From an uncultured bacterium (lineage in GTDB: Bacteria; Babelota; Babeliae; Babelales; JACPOV01), in the NCBI GenBank assembly GCA_963744715.1, contig CAVUUR010000003.1, positions 1 through 45,797 on the forward strand: a DNA stretch of 45,797 nucleotides, written 5' to 3'. This document shows, in pieces, positions 11,790-22,761 of this stretch. The first letter of the stretch is position 1. Each line of letters starts with the position of its first letter. The translations under genes were made by a program, and so were the position numbers. The notes beneath the pieces were generated by a model. That model ran no database searches. It was not told where the DNA came from and saw only the letters and a program-made list of their open reading frames with translations.

Positions 11790-11896
11790 ATAAAAGTATT
11801 ACTACTTCAATATATAGACTTTTGGAATAATCAATACGTACTATTAGGACAGGTATTACTATAGTGCGGTATTATATTTATTCTTAGGAGTAGTTA

Positions 11897-12307
11897 ATGA
11901 ACATTGCTACCAATACTTATAAAAAATTTATACATGCATGGTGGTTGTTAAAAATTACGTATGGATTGGTTTTTATCGTGGCTGGCGTTGATAAATTTTT
12001 TAATCTTATCACGCAATGGGATAACTATGTTAATCCTCTGATAGCGGCATTTTTTCCTATTTCTATTGTACATACAGTTTTTGTTGCAGCTCTTATTGAA
12101 ATAACTCTTGGATTGATGATTCTTACTCGATGGACTCGCGCCGGCGCATACGCACTGGCGGCATGGCTTGGTATTATTATTGTTAATTTGCTTTTATTTG
12201 GTATTTATTTTGATATTGCGGTTCGTGACGCTGTTATAGCAATAGGAGCTATTGCTCTTGCTTGGTTGACTGATGTTAAGGAAGAAATTTTTTTTAATAA
12301 TTACTAG
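11897..12307 (+). CDS. DoxX-family membrane protein
   Basis: AGGAG RBS. Pattern LKITYGLVFIVAGVDKF...IEITLGL...DIAVRD with four TM helices. Confidence 0.75.
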   Translation: MNIATNTYKKFIHAWWLLKITYGLVFIVAGVDKFFNLITQWDNYVNPLIAAFFPISIVHTVFVAALIEITLGLMILTRWTRAGAYALAAWLGIIIVNLLLFGIYFDIAVRDAVIAIGAIALAWLTDVKEEIFFNNY

Positions 12308-12318
12308 AAGAATAGGTT

Positions 12319-13605
12319 ATGAAAATTCTTAAACCCAACGATCAAGTATTCTGGTGTTTAGAAAATAAGCTGTCTGCGCCACTACGAACATCAATTAAAA
12401 CTGATGTAGTGATTATTGGCGGTGGCATGGCAGGATTAACTGCAGCACAAAGTTTTCGCAAAAGAGGATTATCGGTTGTGTTGCTTGAAAAAAATTATTG
12501 CGGATCTGGTGCGAGCGGTAAAAGCTCAGGATTTATAACGCCAGACTCAGAAATTAATCTGAATCATTTTATACGCTATTACGGCGCAGAGCGCGCTGAT
12601 CAAATTTGGAAATTTGGACTTTCTGGTGTCCACCTTATTAAAGATAATATTAAAAATTTTTCTATCGCATGTGATTATGTGGAAGAAGATACGTTGGTAG
12701 TGGCCAATTCTCACCGAGGATTTAAGTATGGGCCGCAACAAGAATATGACGTACGTCAACAATTGGGGTATCCAAGTACATTATATTCTCAAGAAACATT
12801 GCCAAGAATATTAGGATCATCTGCCTATTACGGCGGCATCCACTATTCTGGTACGTTTGGCATTAATACGTATCGTTATTGCCAAGCAATGAAAGAAGTT
12901 TTAATTGATTCTGGTGTAACAATCTATGAAGATACGCCGGCTCTTAAATTATATGAAGGAGGCGTTGATACCTTTAGTGGATCAGTTAAGGCTGATTATA
13001 CTATTGTGTGCGTTGATCGCTTTATGCCAGATCTAGATGCATTAGCGTCAAAAGTGTATCACGTTCAAACGTTTTTAATGATTTCTGCCCCGTTATCCGA
13101 CAAACAAGTGCGCGATATGTTTCCCGAAAAAAATTTTATGATGTGGGATACGGATTTGATTTATACGTATTTTCGCCTTACCGGAGATAATCGGTTGTTA
13201 TTGGGCGGTGGCAATGTACTAACGAGCTATGATACGGTTGAAAAACATAATGCCACAAGAATGGCTAAGCAATTAATACATTATTTTAAGAAAAAATTTC
13301 CAACGATAGCTGTTAATTTTGAATACATGTGGCCAGGATTAATTGGTATCAGTAAAGATGTTGTGCCGATTGCGGGGCGTGATAAAAATATTCCGAGCAT
13401 TTATTATGTTACCGCAGCTACCGGTTTGCCGTGGGCTGCTGCATTGGGGAATTATAGCGCTATGGCATTACTTGATAAAGAAATCAATTTTGATGAATTT
13501 TTTTCGCCATACCGCTCATATATTTTGGGGGATACGTTTCGATCTATTTTTGGGACGCGGTTGACCTTTGCTTTATCAAATTTTATCAGCATTTGTCTAA
13601 AGTAG
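12319..13605 (+). CDS. FAD-dependent oxidoreductase (DAO / PuuB-like)
   Basis: DVVIIGGGMAGLTAA, GSGASGKSSG, YFRLTGDNRLLLGG, WPG. Confidence 0.85.
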   Translation: MKILKPNDQVFWCLENKLSAPLRTSIKTDVVIIGGGMAGLTAAQSFRKRGLSVVLLEKNYCGSGASGKSSGFITPDSEINLNHFIRYYGAERADQIWKFGLSGVHLIKDNIKNFSIACDYVEEDTLVVANSHRGFKYGPQQEYDVRQQLGYPSTLYSQETLPRILGSSAYYGGIHYSGTFGINTYRYCQAMKEVLIDSGVTIYEDTPALKLYEGGVDTFSGSVKADYTIVCVDRFMPDLDALASKVYHVQTFLMISAPLSDKQVRDMFPEKNFMMWDTDLIYTYFRLTGDNRLLLGGGNVLTSYDTVEKHNATRMAKQLIHYFKKKFPTIAVNFEYMWPGLIGISKDVVPIAGRDKNIPSIYYVTAATGLPWAAALGNYSAMALLDKEINFDEFFSPYRSYILGDTFRSIFGTRLTFALSNFISICLK

Positions 13606-13670
13606 TATAGATGCAACGCCCATTATTACATGCGCTATTGTATTTGCATTTATATTATTTCAAGATTGTT

Positions 13671-14879
13671 TTACGAATTCGTTATCTTGTATTGCGTAAA
13701 GAAACGTTGAACTTTTTGATCGAAGTCTTTTGTGCTTTTTAGTATATGGCGGAGCCCGCCGATCTGTTTTTCATGATTTCCATTAGACGCGAAATCTCGA
13801 GCTAAAGTCACCTTTTGTTTTATAATTTCAAGTTGTTGATCAATATTGTGATAATTATCTGCAACCATAGGTTGTCGCGCAGATCTTTCGAATTGATTTC
13901 TTTGCATCAATAATAACTGTTCTTCTAATTGTTCAATTTTTTCTTGCTGTTTAGTAATCGTTTGTTGATCTTCATTGAAGTATTCTTCAAGTGTGGAAAC
14001 TTTTTCCGATAGTAATTGCTTTATTTCTTTGTGCTCTGATATTATCTCCCGCAATTGCTTTATTTCATTTTCTTTTTCAGCTATTGTTTGCGGATCTTGA
14101 TTTAATGCAAGGACTAGATCGGTTGAAAGATCTTGCTTTTCTTGCAATTGTTCTTTTAAATCTTCTACTTGTTTTTGCAGAGAAATATTATTCTGAAGAG
14201 TTTCCTGCGAAGAAAGATTTTTTCGTTGTTTTTTTTCTATTATCTCTTCCATTATTTTTAATTCTCTATGTAAGGCAATAGTATCATCATGCTGCTTAAG
14301 TGAAGTTTTTAATAGTGTCTCGAAGTCTGCGAAGTCTGCGAGATCTTTATCTTTTTGACGTTGAGCATTGTATTCCAATAAGCGCTGCACTTCTTGTTGT
14401 TGATATTCTTTTTGTTCTTGTTCAAACGAATCATTATATTCAACTTCTTTATAATGTTTTTTTAAGCATTTATTTATAGCTATTTCTTTCATAGATGCTT
14501 GCGCATTTTGTCGAGTGTAAACATAAGGTTTGTTCTCATAGCTTGGCTGACATAATGTATTCAATCCTGTTAGGTTTACGTTTTTTTTGTTAGGGAACCA
14601 TCCTGAAGCAAATTTGTATGCAGCGGCAGCGGCAAATCCGGTTAAAGCGGCTATGCCTAACGAAGTTTTATGGCCATTTATGATATTTTTAAATGAATTA
14701 CCAAGTGCGGCAGAAACAGTGGGTATTGGTGTATACAAAAGGGGAGTTGTAGCAGACGGGAACCAGCAAGAAGGATTTTGTATTATCGCTTCAGGAATAT
14801 ACATTGCTTGTTGCGCAGTTGGCACAACGATACTTATTAAAAATGTTAGATATGCTGTATATTTTTTCATGGTATTCAC
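13671..14879 (-). CDS. Secreted or membrane coiled-coil orphan protein
   Basis: Signal peptide (MKKYTAYLTFLISIVVPTAQQA-M), a hydrophobic segment (SLGIAALTGFAAAAAY) and a long Q/E/K-rich heptad region. Confidence 0.7.
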   Translation of the reverse strand: MNTMKKYTAYLTFLISIVVPTAQQAMYIPEAIIQNPSCWFPSATTPLLYTPIPTVSAALGNSFKNIINGHKTSLGIAALTGFAAAAAYKFASGWFPNKKNVNLTGLNTLCQPSYENKPYVYTRQNAQASMKEIAINKCLKKHYKEVEYNDSFEQEQKEYQQQEVQRLLEYNAQRQKDKDLADFADFETLLKTSLKQHDDTIALHRELKIMEEIIEKKQRKNLSSQETLQNNISLQKQVEDLKEQLQEKQDLSTDLVLALNQDPQTIAEKENEIKQLREIISEHKEIKQLLSEKVSTLEEYFNEDQQTITKQQEKIEQLEEQLLLMQRNQFERSARQPMVADNYHNIDQQLEIIKQKVTLARDFASNGNHEKQIGGLRHILKSTKDFDQKVQRFFTQYKITNS

Positions 14880-15086
14880 CTTGCTTTATTATTAACGAAC
14901 TACTCTTTTTTTGTTAATCTTTTTAATTAAAATTTTATAATAGAAAAATATAATTAATTATAAAACTACTATAATTATCTATAGAATCACATATTTTTGA
15001 CCCTTTGTCAAATGATAGGAACTCTTTTACAGTTGTGTAATCACATGATATCTTGAAAGTACACATGATTTTACTAAAGGGTTTTT

Positions 15087-15854
15087 ATGGAACAAAATAC
15101 TAAAAATATATCTTTTGCAACAGGCCATATTGAGCATGCGGTTGATCCATTAGGTGATGGTATAAGCACCGTTGAGCTCATTCGCGTTTCTGGTAGTGAT
15201 TTGGACATTGTTAATGCTGCCCGGGTTTCATATGGTAAAGTATCAAAAACAGTAAGTGAGCGGGATAAGCAGCTTATTGCTTTTTTAATGGAATATAATC
15301 ATACAAGCCCGTTTGAGCATAATCAGCTTTCATTTCGTATAAAATTACCTATTTTTATAGCGCGCCAATGGATGCGACATCGTATGAACTCCTATAATGA
15401 AATTAGCTATAGGTTTGTTAAGGCTCCTCTTGAATTTTATATACCAAAAATGTGGCGCAAGCAAGACGTTGTTAATAAGCAAAGCTCAGTTGGTGCCTTT
15501 GAAGATCCGGCATTGTACGAAGAATATAAAAAAAGCATAGAAAGTAGTGTTAAAACCTATGAATCTCTTTTAGCGCAAGGTGTATGCCGTGAACAAGCTC
15601 GCTGCGTATTGCCTGTTTGTACCTATACCGAGTTTATTTTTACCTGCAATCTGCATTCTCTGATGCATTTTTTGCGGTTGAGACTTGATGCCGGTGCTCA
15701 GTATGAAATTCGTCGTTATGCGATGGCATTATTTACCCTGGCGCAGCCCCATTTTGAGATTTCATTGGCAGAATGGAAGCGCATTCATATGCCGACAATC
15801 AAGGAGCATGAATGGTGCCTTGACTTTGTAACAAATCTTAGTAATACTAAATAG
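15087..15854 (+). CDS. thyX: Flavin-dependent thymidylate synthase
   Basis: NAARVSY, HTSPFEH, ARQWMRHR..SYNEISYRF, EQARCVLP, AQYEIR. Confidence 0.95.
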   Translation: MEQNTKNISFATGHIEHAVDPLGDGISTVELIRVSGSDLDIVNAARVSYGKVSKTVSERDKQLIAFLMEYNHTSPFEHNQLSFRIKLPIFIARQWMRHRMNSYNEISYRFVKAPLEFYIPKMWRKQDVVNKQSSVGAFEDPALYEEYKKSIESSVKTYESLLAQGVCREQARCVLPVCTYTEFIFTCNLHSLMHFLRLRLDAGAQYEIRRYAMALFTLAQPHFEISLAEWKRIHMPTIKEHEWCLDFVTNLSNTK

Positions 15855-15934
15855 CAACTAAAAGACAGAAAATGACTTTTTCTCATTTCTATTTACTATC
15901 AAAAAATAACATGAACTGTTAAGGATAATAAGCG

Positions 15935-16195
15935 ATGGCAACTAGTAAATCGGGTGGTTCCACCCAGAATGGTCGCGATAGTCATAGTAAGCGACTTGGC
16001 GTAAAATTATTTGATGGTCACGTGGTACATGGTGGAGAAATCCTTGTGCGTCAACGTGGAACCTGTTTTCATGCGGGTAAACATGTAGGTATGGGAACTG
16101 ATCATACCTTATATGCAAAAGCTCCAGGAATTGTTAAATTCCATTATGGAACTAAGGGACGTAAGCATATTTCTATTATTCCTCGTCCTTCGTAA
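15935..16195 (+). CDS. rpmA: 50S ribosomal protein L27
   Basis: [34 protein letters not shown]. Confidence 0.97.
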   Translation: MATSKSGGSTQNGRDSHSKRLGVKLFDGHVVHGGEILVRQRGTCFHAGKHVGMGTDHTLYAKAPGIVKFHYGTKGRKHISIIPRPS

Positions 16196-16301
16196 TGCAG
16201 AATTTAAGGTACAGTTTGCTTTCTTGCAAAAATCTTGTTATAACCTTCTGCATAAGTCTTGTTAATAAATGAACTCAATATGATATCGTGTGGAGAGTTA
16301 C

Positions 16302-17188
16302 ATGATTGATTTTCTTAAGTATCGATGGATATGTGGTCTTTTTTCGCTCAGCATTATGCTTTTGTTTGTAGGATTATATACCTACAAAAAGATAACCTAC
16401 GGACACGCATTTACCTACAGCGTTGAATTTACGGGCGGAACTCAACTTTTATTCGGATTTAACAAAAAAGTAAGCAGTAATCAATTGCTTGATATTCTTG
16501 CTGCTAATGGTTGGAGTGGCGCGAGTACGCGAGAATTTGCCAACAACGAAGTGTTGGTCAGAATTAAAGATTTTTCACATGATACAACAGCATTAGCTGA
16601 ACGTATTAAAACTATTATTATGCAACAAATTCCTGATCTATCAATTACTATATTGCAAGTTGATAGCATCGGGGAAGGGATGGCGCGGCTTTAAGTTGGA
16701 ATTCAATTAAAGCAGTGGTGTTGGGTCTTATATTAATGTTGATGTATATCGCTTGGCGCTTTTGGTCTTTTGCCTATGCAAGTGGTGCTATTGTAGCTCT
16801 TTTCCACGATGCCATTGTAATTTTGTTGTTTTTCTTATTATTCGATAAAGAAATTTCCATGAATGTGATTGGTGCAATAATGGCAGTTCTGGGATATTCA
16901 GTTAACGATACCATTGTTATTTTTTCGCGAATTCGTGAAAATTTAAAATCAATGCGTGGTGTATCTACAGACCAGGTTGTTAATATAAGTCTTAATCAAA
17001 CATTACGAAGAACTATATTAACCAGTGCATCAACAGGATTAGTGGTAATGGCACTTATTCTCTTAGGGGGAGAAGCTTTACGAGATTTATCATTGGCATT
17101 ATTTATAGGAATAGTATTTGGTACATATTCTTCCATTTATATTGCAAGCCCTGTTATGTTATTGCTATATAATAAAGAACAGAAGTAA
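16302..17188 (+). CDS. secF: Protein translocase subunit SecF (one frameshift near 16680)
   Basis: MIDFLKYR, VEFTGGT, ALFHDA, GYSVNDTIVIFSRIREN, QTLRRTILTS, GTYSSIYIASP. Confidence 0.9.
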
Positions 17189-17404
17189 AAAGCATTTCAT
17201 TGTTAATTAGTTGCTCAATGTTATAAACGTACTATAAAGATTATTCTTTATTGAAGTCTGTACGTTGTTTGTGTAAAAACTATCATTACGTATGTTTTTG
17301 TTACTTTTTTATTTTTCATGTGAAAGTTATTCGCGGTTAAGAGATGTTTAATTTTTTAATAATTGCTAACTACTATAAGGTTATTAGTAAGGAGATTTAT
17401 TGAT

Positions 17405-18710
17405 ATGACCTTAGATGAATTGCGACATATTAGCCTTATTGATTTAAATCATCAGGCTCGCAGGCTAGGCATTATTGGCGCTAGTTTAATGAATAAAGAA
17501 GAATTGATTAAAAAAATTCTTGAATTACAAGAAAATCCTGATAAAGAAATTGAAGTTGAAGGGGTCTTAGAAAAATTGCCAGATGGCTTTGGATTTTTAC
17601 GATCAGCGAAATTTGATTATGTTTCAGGACCAGATGATATTTATGTTTCCCCATCTCAAATTCGACGTTTTAATTTACGAACTGGTGATACTGTAACTGG
17701 TGTTATTCGAAAGCCAAAAGATGGTGAAAAATATTTTGCTCTTATTAAAAGTTAATAAAGTTAATTATGTCAAGATCCATGCAACGTTAGGTGATCGACT
17801 TAATTTTTGATCGTCTTACGCCATTGCATCCGGATAAAAAATTTAATCTTGGAATATGATCCTGCGTTTTATTTCAACCCGTATAATGGATATTTTTACT
17901 CCTATTGGTAAAGGGCAACGTGGTTTAATTGTTGCTCCGCCTAAAGCTGGTAAAACGGTACTTTTAAAAGAAATTGCACAAAGCTATTATTGCAAATCAT
18001 CCTGAAGTTTATTTGATTATATTGCTTAGTTGATGAACGTCCTGAAGAAGTTGCTGATATGCGGCGTATCAATTAAGGGCAAAAATGCTGAAGTTATCAG
18101 CTCTACTTTTGATGAATCAGCTGAGCGTCATGTGCAAGTTGCAGAAATTGTTCTTGAAAAAGCAAAACGATTAGTTGAAGTTGGCAAAGATGTGGTTATT
18201 TTGCTTGATTCTATTACTCGTCTTGCACGTGCATATAACACAACTGCTCCTGCTTCAGGAAAAGTATTAACTGGTGGTATTGATGCTAATGCTTTGCAAC
18301 GACCAAAACGATTTTTTGGTGCTGCGCGTAATACCGAAGAAGGTGGTTCATTAACTATTATTGCAACTGCACTGATCGAAACTGGTTCGCGTATGGATGA
18401 AGTAATTTATGAAGAATTTAAAGGTACTGGTAATATGGAAATGCATTTGAGTCGTAAACTTTCTAATCGACGTGTGTTTCCTGCCTTTGATCTGCTTGTT
18501 TCTGGTACTCGTCGTGAAGAATTATTGCTTCCCGAAGATGAGCTTAATAAATCATGGGTATTGCATAAATTCTTATCAACCATGAATACCGTAGAAGGTA
18601 TGGAATTTCTTATCGATAAGATGAAAAAACATAAAACAAATGAAGAATTTTTTGAATCTATTCAAAAAAAGAGTGGTGAATCTAAAAACGATAGCTCTAA
18701 TGGTAACTAA
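17405..18710 (+). CDS. rho: Transcription termination factor Rho (several frameshifts in ~17750-18075)
   Basis: [89 protein letters not shown] lies before 17405. Confidence 0.95.
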
Positions 18711-18753
18711 ATAAGTTATCAAGATTACCACTTTATCCTTTTTTTGGACCCAA

Positions 18754-18782
18754 TTGACATATATTCAAATAGAATATATAAT
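18754..18782 (+). promoter_or_regulatory. Consensus sigma70 promoter
   Basis: TTGACA (18754-59), 17 nt spacer, TATAAT (18777-82), upstream of the orphan membrane gene. Confidence 0.75.
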
Positions 18783-18830
18783 GGTTTTACTAGGTTAAAT
18801 AAGTAATTAATGAGTTCAAAGAGGTTTACT

Positions 18831-19367
18831 ATGATTTTTAAAAAAATAGCATTACTATCCGTTCTAGGAATAACTACTGTTGCGCTACAGGCTGAAACAT
18901 ACCGTGAAATACTTTCAAATGCAGCCAATTATGGTCTTATGGGATCGGCAATTTTTTCTAGCGGTTATTTAGGTAAAAATGCCTTTTTTATGGGTAAAGA
19001 AGCGATAAGAACGGCCCGTTTTAACCCTTTTAGCGTTGGTCCCACCTTAGCAGTAGGTGCAGGACTTTTTCTAGGTGGAGCGGCAAAACAAGCTTATAAT
19101 GCCTATTCTCTTGGAATAAACGATAATGATAATGAAAACGTAGAGCAAGGAAATGCTACAAGTTTGCTTTCAGCATTTAATACTACAATTTTAGGCAGTA
19201 CTGCATTAAGTCAATTTCGTTATTTGCCCCATAGATCATTGTCGGTTGGTTTAGGGGTGGTTTTTGGTATTGGTGCCTATGTTGAAGCGAGAAATCTTAA
19301 AAACGCAAATTTCCAGATGCCACACGTTACTCGATTAAAAGAAGAGCTACATAAAAAAATAGCATAA
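18831..19367 (+). CDS. Signal-peptide, multi-TM orphan protein
   Basis: AGAGGT RBS before ATG 18831, signal peptide ending ALQA, several Gly/Ala-rich hydrophobic segments. Confidence 0.65.
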   Translation: MIFKKIALLSVLGITTVALQAETYREILSNAANYGLMGSAIFSSGYLGKNAFFMGKEAIRTARFNPFSVGPTLAVGAGLFLGGAAKQAYNAYSLGINDNDNENVEQGNATSLLSAFNTTILGSTALSQFRYLPHRSLSVGLGVVFGIGAYVEARNLKNANFQMPHVTRLKEELHKKIA

Positions 19368-20382
19368 AAATATCTAAGGTATAGTCGGCAAAAAGGCCTT
19401 GTTTGGCTTTATAAGAGCCGACGAAAGCTATCATAGCGGCATTGTCAGTGCAATATTGTGCTGAAGGTGTAAAAAACTGGATATTACTATCCGTGCAAAA
19501 ATCACGCATTTGTTGCTTAATAAATTTGTTGCAGGCGACGCCCCCAACAAAAGTCACTGCTTTGATAGTAGGATATTTTTTGAGCGCCAACGCGATTTTT
19601 GCTTTAAAAATATCATTGATACATACCAATAAAGAACTGGAAACGTGTTGTTTATCCAATTCAGTTATCGTATGGGAAAGTTGTTTAGTTGCCATAGAAT
19701 ACAAATTTTTATCAACTAAATCATATAAAACGGCTGTTTTAAGTCCGGAAAAACTGAAATCAAAGGTTTTGTGTGTTACACGTGGATAATGGCAAAAATC
19801 AACGAAATTAACAGCTTGGGCGTAACGTTCAATAACAGGTCCTCCAGGATATGATAACCCTAAAACTTTTGCTATTTTATCAAAGGCTTCCCCAGCCGCA
19901 TCATCTAATGTTTGTCCTAACAATTCAAATACACCAAAATCATGCACCAAATATAAAGCAGTGTGTCCTCCCGAAGCAGTTAAGCATAGATGCGGGAATG
20001 GTACTGAATGTTCTAAAAAAGATGAAAAAATATGCCCTTCAAGATGATTTATACCTATAATTTTTTTCTGAGCTGCCCATGCCATTGCTTTAGCAAAACA
20101 AACTCCTATGAGTAATGATCCTGCAAGCCCAGGCTTGTTAGTAACGGCAACAACATTAATATCAGATAAATTCATACCAGCTTTATCTAAAGCTTGCGAA
20201 ACAATACCATTCATTTTTTCTAAATGAGATTGCGATGCAAGTTCTGGTATAACGCCGCCATATTGTTTATGTAAATCAATTTGTGAGAAAATTATATTTG
20301 AAAGAATGCCATCTTTTGTAGAATATACTGCAGCAGCCGTTTCATCACATGAACTTTCAATACCTAATATTGTTAATGCCAT
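19327..20382 (-). CDS. tsaD: tRNA N6-adenosine threonylcarbamoyltransferase
   Basis: ILGIESSCDETAAA, YGGVIPELA, NHLEGH, SGGHT, TLDDAAGEAFDK, SFSGLKT, CTDNAAMIA. Confidence 0.97.
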   Translation of the reverse strand: MALTILGIESSCDETAAAVYSTKDGILSNIIFSQIDLHKQYGGVIPELASQSHLEKMNGIVSQALDKAGMNLSDINVVAVTNKPGLAGSLLIGVCFAKAMAWAAQKKIIGINHLEGHIFSSFLEHSVPFPHLCLTASGGHTALYLVHDFGVFELLGQTLDDAAGEAFDKIAKVLGLSYPGGPVIERYAQAVNFVDFCHYPRVTHKTFDFSFSGLKTAVLYDLVDKNLYSMATKQLSHTITELDKQHVSSSLLVCINDIFKAKIALALKKYPTIKAVTFVGGVACNKFIKQQMRDFCTDSNIQFFTPSAQYCTDNAAMIAFVGSYKAKQGLFADYTLDIFMLFFYVALLLIE

Positions 20383-20392
20383 AGTTACCGTA

Positions 20393-21145
20393 TTAGCAGT
20401 TATAACCGCGTGGCGTAAATGGCATAGAAAGAATATGATTATTCGTATAAGGTACGAAGGCTTTAAGCGGCTTTTTGTGTAAAAATTTAAAATCTAAAAA
20501 TGCTAATTTCATCTTTGCTGAAACATCTCGTAGTGTAGCAAGAGTAAGCGTGTCTTTAAGTATAATAATTGGTAATTTTACACTGGTATTATTGCTAAGC
20601 CAAACTACCGTTTCGAGGCGATCCACAAGTTCGACCGGCATAAAAAGAATAAGGGCATTATCAGGGATAGTAATGCCTGATTTGCTATTATCAAGCTCTT
20701 CGATGTCCCATGAATCTTTCAAATCGGTTAATGGTCGCGGTTTAATGCTATTAAAGTCTTGGCTTTGTATATCAGTTTCAATTAATGAATATCGTGTTAA
20801 TCTAAAAATTCTGTAGGAATGATCAGGTGATGTTTGCAAGTGTTCAACATTATTCTCCGAAGGAGTTTTTAAGTATTCAGTAATAATAATATGTAATTGC
20901 GTTGGTTTTTCATCATCGTATAATTCAAAATCAGCCTTTTTTGTGTCGGCATCAGATTGAACCATAATTTCATATTCACACCCTTTGTATACAATAGGTA
21001 ATCCTGCTAAATAGTGTATTCCTTTAGGGCTGTATAAAGATCCAAATAGAGTACTGTTTTTTATAGCTGATCGTTCGTTTTTGGCATGGGATAGAGGAAA
21101 TATGCCAAAAAGAGAAATTATTATCACGTATGGAATTATCTTCAT
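20393..21145 (-). CDS. Exported hypothetical protein
   Basis: 250-aa ORF with a signal peptide ending SHA, 10 nt upstream of tsaD. Confidence 0.65.
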   Translation of the reverse strand: MKIIPYVIIISLFGIFPLSHAKNERSAIKNSTLFGSLYSPKGIHYLAGLPIVYKGCEYEIMVQSDADTKKADFELYDDEKPTQLHIIITEYLKTPSENNVEHLQTSPDHSYRIFRLTRYSLIETDIQSQDFNSIKPRPLTDLKDSWDIEELDNSKSGITIPDNALILFMPVELVDRLETVVWLSNNTSVKLPIIILKDTLTLATLRDVSAKMKLAFLDFKFLHKKPLKAFVPYTNNHILSMPFTPRGYNC

Positions 21146-21253
21146 GGCTTGCCTATTGTAATAATTGTTTTTATTTTGAATACTTAGTTTATACTAGTAT
21201 AACGTAGCGCAAATAAAAATCTTTTTCAAAATTTTAAGCAATTTAGTCACTGA

Positions 21254-21739
21254 ATGCTGATACTTTATAATATCCGACAGTTTTTTCAATCTATGGCCTA
21301 TCAGGAATTGTCTCCTAGTACCTTAGCATTGTCGTTTTGCATTGGTAGTTATATTGCATTTTCCCCCTTTATTTTTTTGCATACGGTAATGGTTTTTATT
21401 TTTGGATGGCTCTTTAAATTAAATATTCCGGTTACTTTTGCCGCTTCCTGCGGTATTAATAATCCATGGACTGCGGTACCAATCTATGTCATCGATTATG
21501 TATTTGGTTATTGGATGGTGCATTCAGTAGGAAAAATGGAATTATCTAATCCATCCTGGATGTGTTGGATAGAGAATTTTATACAGAATACTCTACATCT
21601 TTCAAAGCCCTGTTTATGGTCATTTTTGATCGGCGGTAATCTATTAGGTATTATAGTAAGTATAGTCCTTTATCCGGTTATGAAAAAAATATTTACCTTA
21701 CTGATGAAAGAAAAATCATTACCTACGCATGGTATTTAG
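21254..21739 (+). CDS. DUF2062-family membrane protein
   Basis: SPSTLALSFCIGSYIAFSP, NNPWTAVPIY..DY.FG, FLIGG. Confidence 0.75.
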   Translation: MLILYNIRQFFQSMAYQELSPSTLALSFCIGSYIAFSPFIFLHTVMVFIFGWLFKLNIPVTFAASCGINNPWTAVPIYVIDYVFGYWMVHSVGKMELSNPSWMCWIENFIQNTLHLSKPCLWSFLIGGNLLGIIVSIVLYPVMKKIFTLLMKEKSLPTHGI

Positions 21740-22189
21740 ATGAAAATTATTGCACAAAATAAAAAAGCTTTTCATGAATATACTGTTTTAGAACATTTAG
21801 AAGCGGGCATTGTCCTTACGGGCGATGAAGTTAAATCAGTGCGCGCAGGGCATATTTCTTTAAATGGGGCTTATGCAAATGTTCATCAGGGAGAATTGTT
21901 TTTGATTAATTGTAATATTACTCCGTATGCTCGAGCGTATCAAAAAAAAGATGATGCGACCAAGAGCAGAAAACTTTTGGTTCATAAACGAGAGTTGATG
22001 CAGTTGATCGGTGATATTTCTAGAAAGGGGATAACTATTATTCCTCTCAAAATTTATTTGAATGAAAAAAACCTTGTAAAAGTAGACCTTGGACTTTGTA
22101 AACATAAAAAAGCTGCTGATCGAAAACAAGAAATTAAAGAGCGTGACATTAAGCGAGAAACTGTGCGTGCTTTAAAGCGGCATGATTAA
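21740..22189 (+). CDS. smpB: SsrA-binding protein
   Basis: IAQNKKAFHEY, EAGIVLTGDEVKSVR, RKLLVHKRE, IPLKIY. It lies adjacent to the tmRNA. Confidence 0.97.
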   Translation: MKIIAQNKKAFHEYTVLEHLEAGIVLTGDEVKSVRAGHISLNGAYANVHQGELFLINCNITPYARAYQKKDDATKSRKLLVHKRELMQLIGDISRKGITIIPLKIYLNEKNLVKVDLGLCKHKKAADRKQEIKERDIKRETVRALKRHD

Positions 22190-22234
22190 AAAATTAAGAT
22201 ACCCTATTGTTTGCATAATTTTTACAAAAGCTGA

Positions 22235-22263
22235 TTGACATTATCTTGCTAATTTGTTACAAT
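22235..22263 (+). promoter_or_regulatory. Sigma70 promoter of tmRNA
   Basis: TTGACA (22235-40), 17 nt spacer, TACAAT (22258-63). Confidence 0.75.
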
Positions 22264-22310
22264 CTGAAATGAATATAAATACGAATTTATACGTAATCTT
22301 TGACATTTTT

Positions 22311-22741
22311 GGGGGCGCCAAGGCTTCGACGTAGTATATAATACTCAAGAAGCATGCCAAGTTTCGGCTGAGAACTTGTAAAAAAGCAGTCAAAACAAGA
22401 AATGCAAACACTAATAGTGTTGGATCAAGAATAGAGAACGCTGTAGCTACTTTAGCTAACCGTGTTTCTGCTTTCACAGGACAAGGCGCAGTTGCTTTTG
22501 CGTAATTATTTTTGATTTCTTGTCAGCAAAACCTGCCTATTGGTTGAACTGACTCGTAGTACAAAAGATAGGACGGTTCTTTTAGATCTCTTAGGGTTGT
22601 ATAAGAAACGTAGCACTACCCTGATTCATATTCATGATCACTGTTTTCGAGGAAGAGTATGAATATATTCGAAGACTAAGCATGTAGCGTTTTAAGTACT
22701 TTATAGTGCGGACATGGGTTCGATTCCCATCGCCTCCACCA
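22311..22741 (+). ncRNA. ssrA: tmRNA, 431 nt; tag frame 22404-22505 encodes ANTNSVGSRIENAVATLANRVSAFTGQGAVAFA
   Basis: 5' end GGGGGCG..AGGCTTCGAC. 3' end has the T-arm ATGGG-TTCGATT-CCCAT followed by CGCCTCC-ACCA, forming an Ala acceptor stem with G3:U. It lies downstream of smpB, and the tag starts AN and ends AFA-stop. Confidence 0.95.
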
Positions 22742-22761
22742 AAAATGTTTTCTTAGTCAAT

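Noticed and set aside
17750..18075. Pseudogenisation or programmed frameshifting of rho (also eno and secF)
   Set aside because: The lesions are clustered small indels, often in homopolymers, in otherwise well-conserved housekeeping genes. Sequencing error is the simpler explanation.
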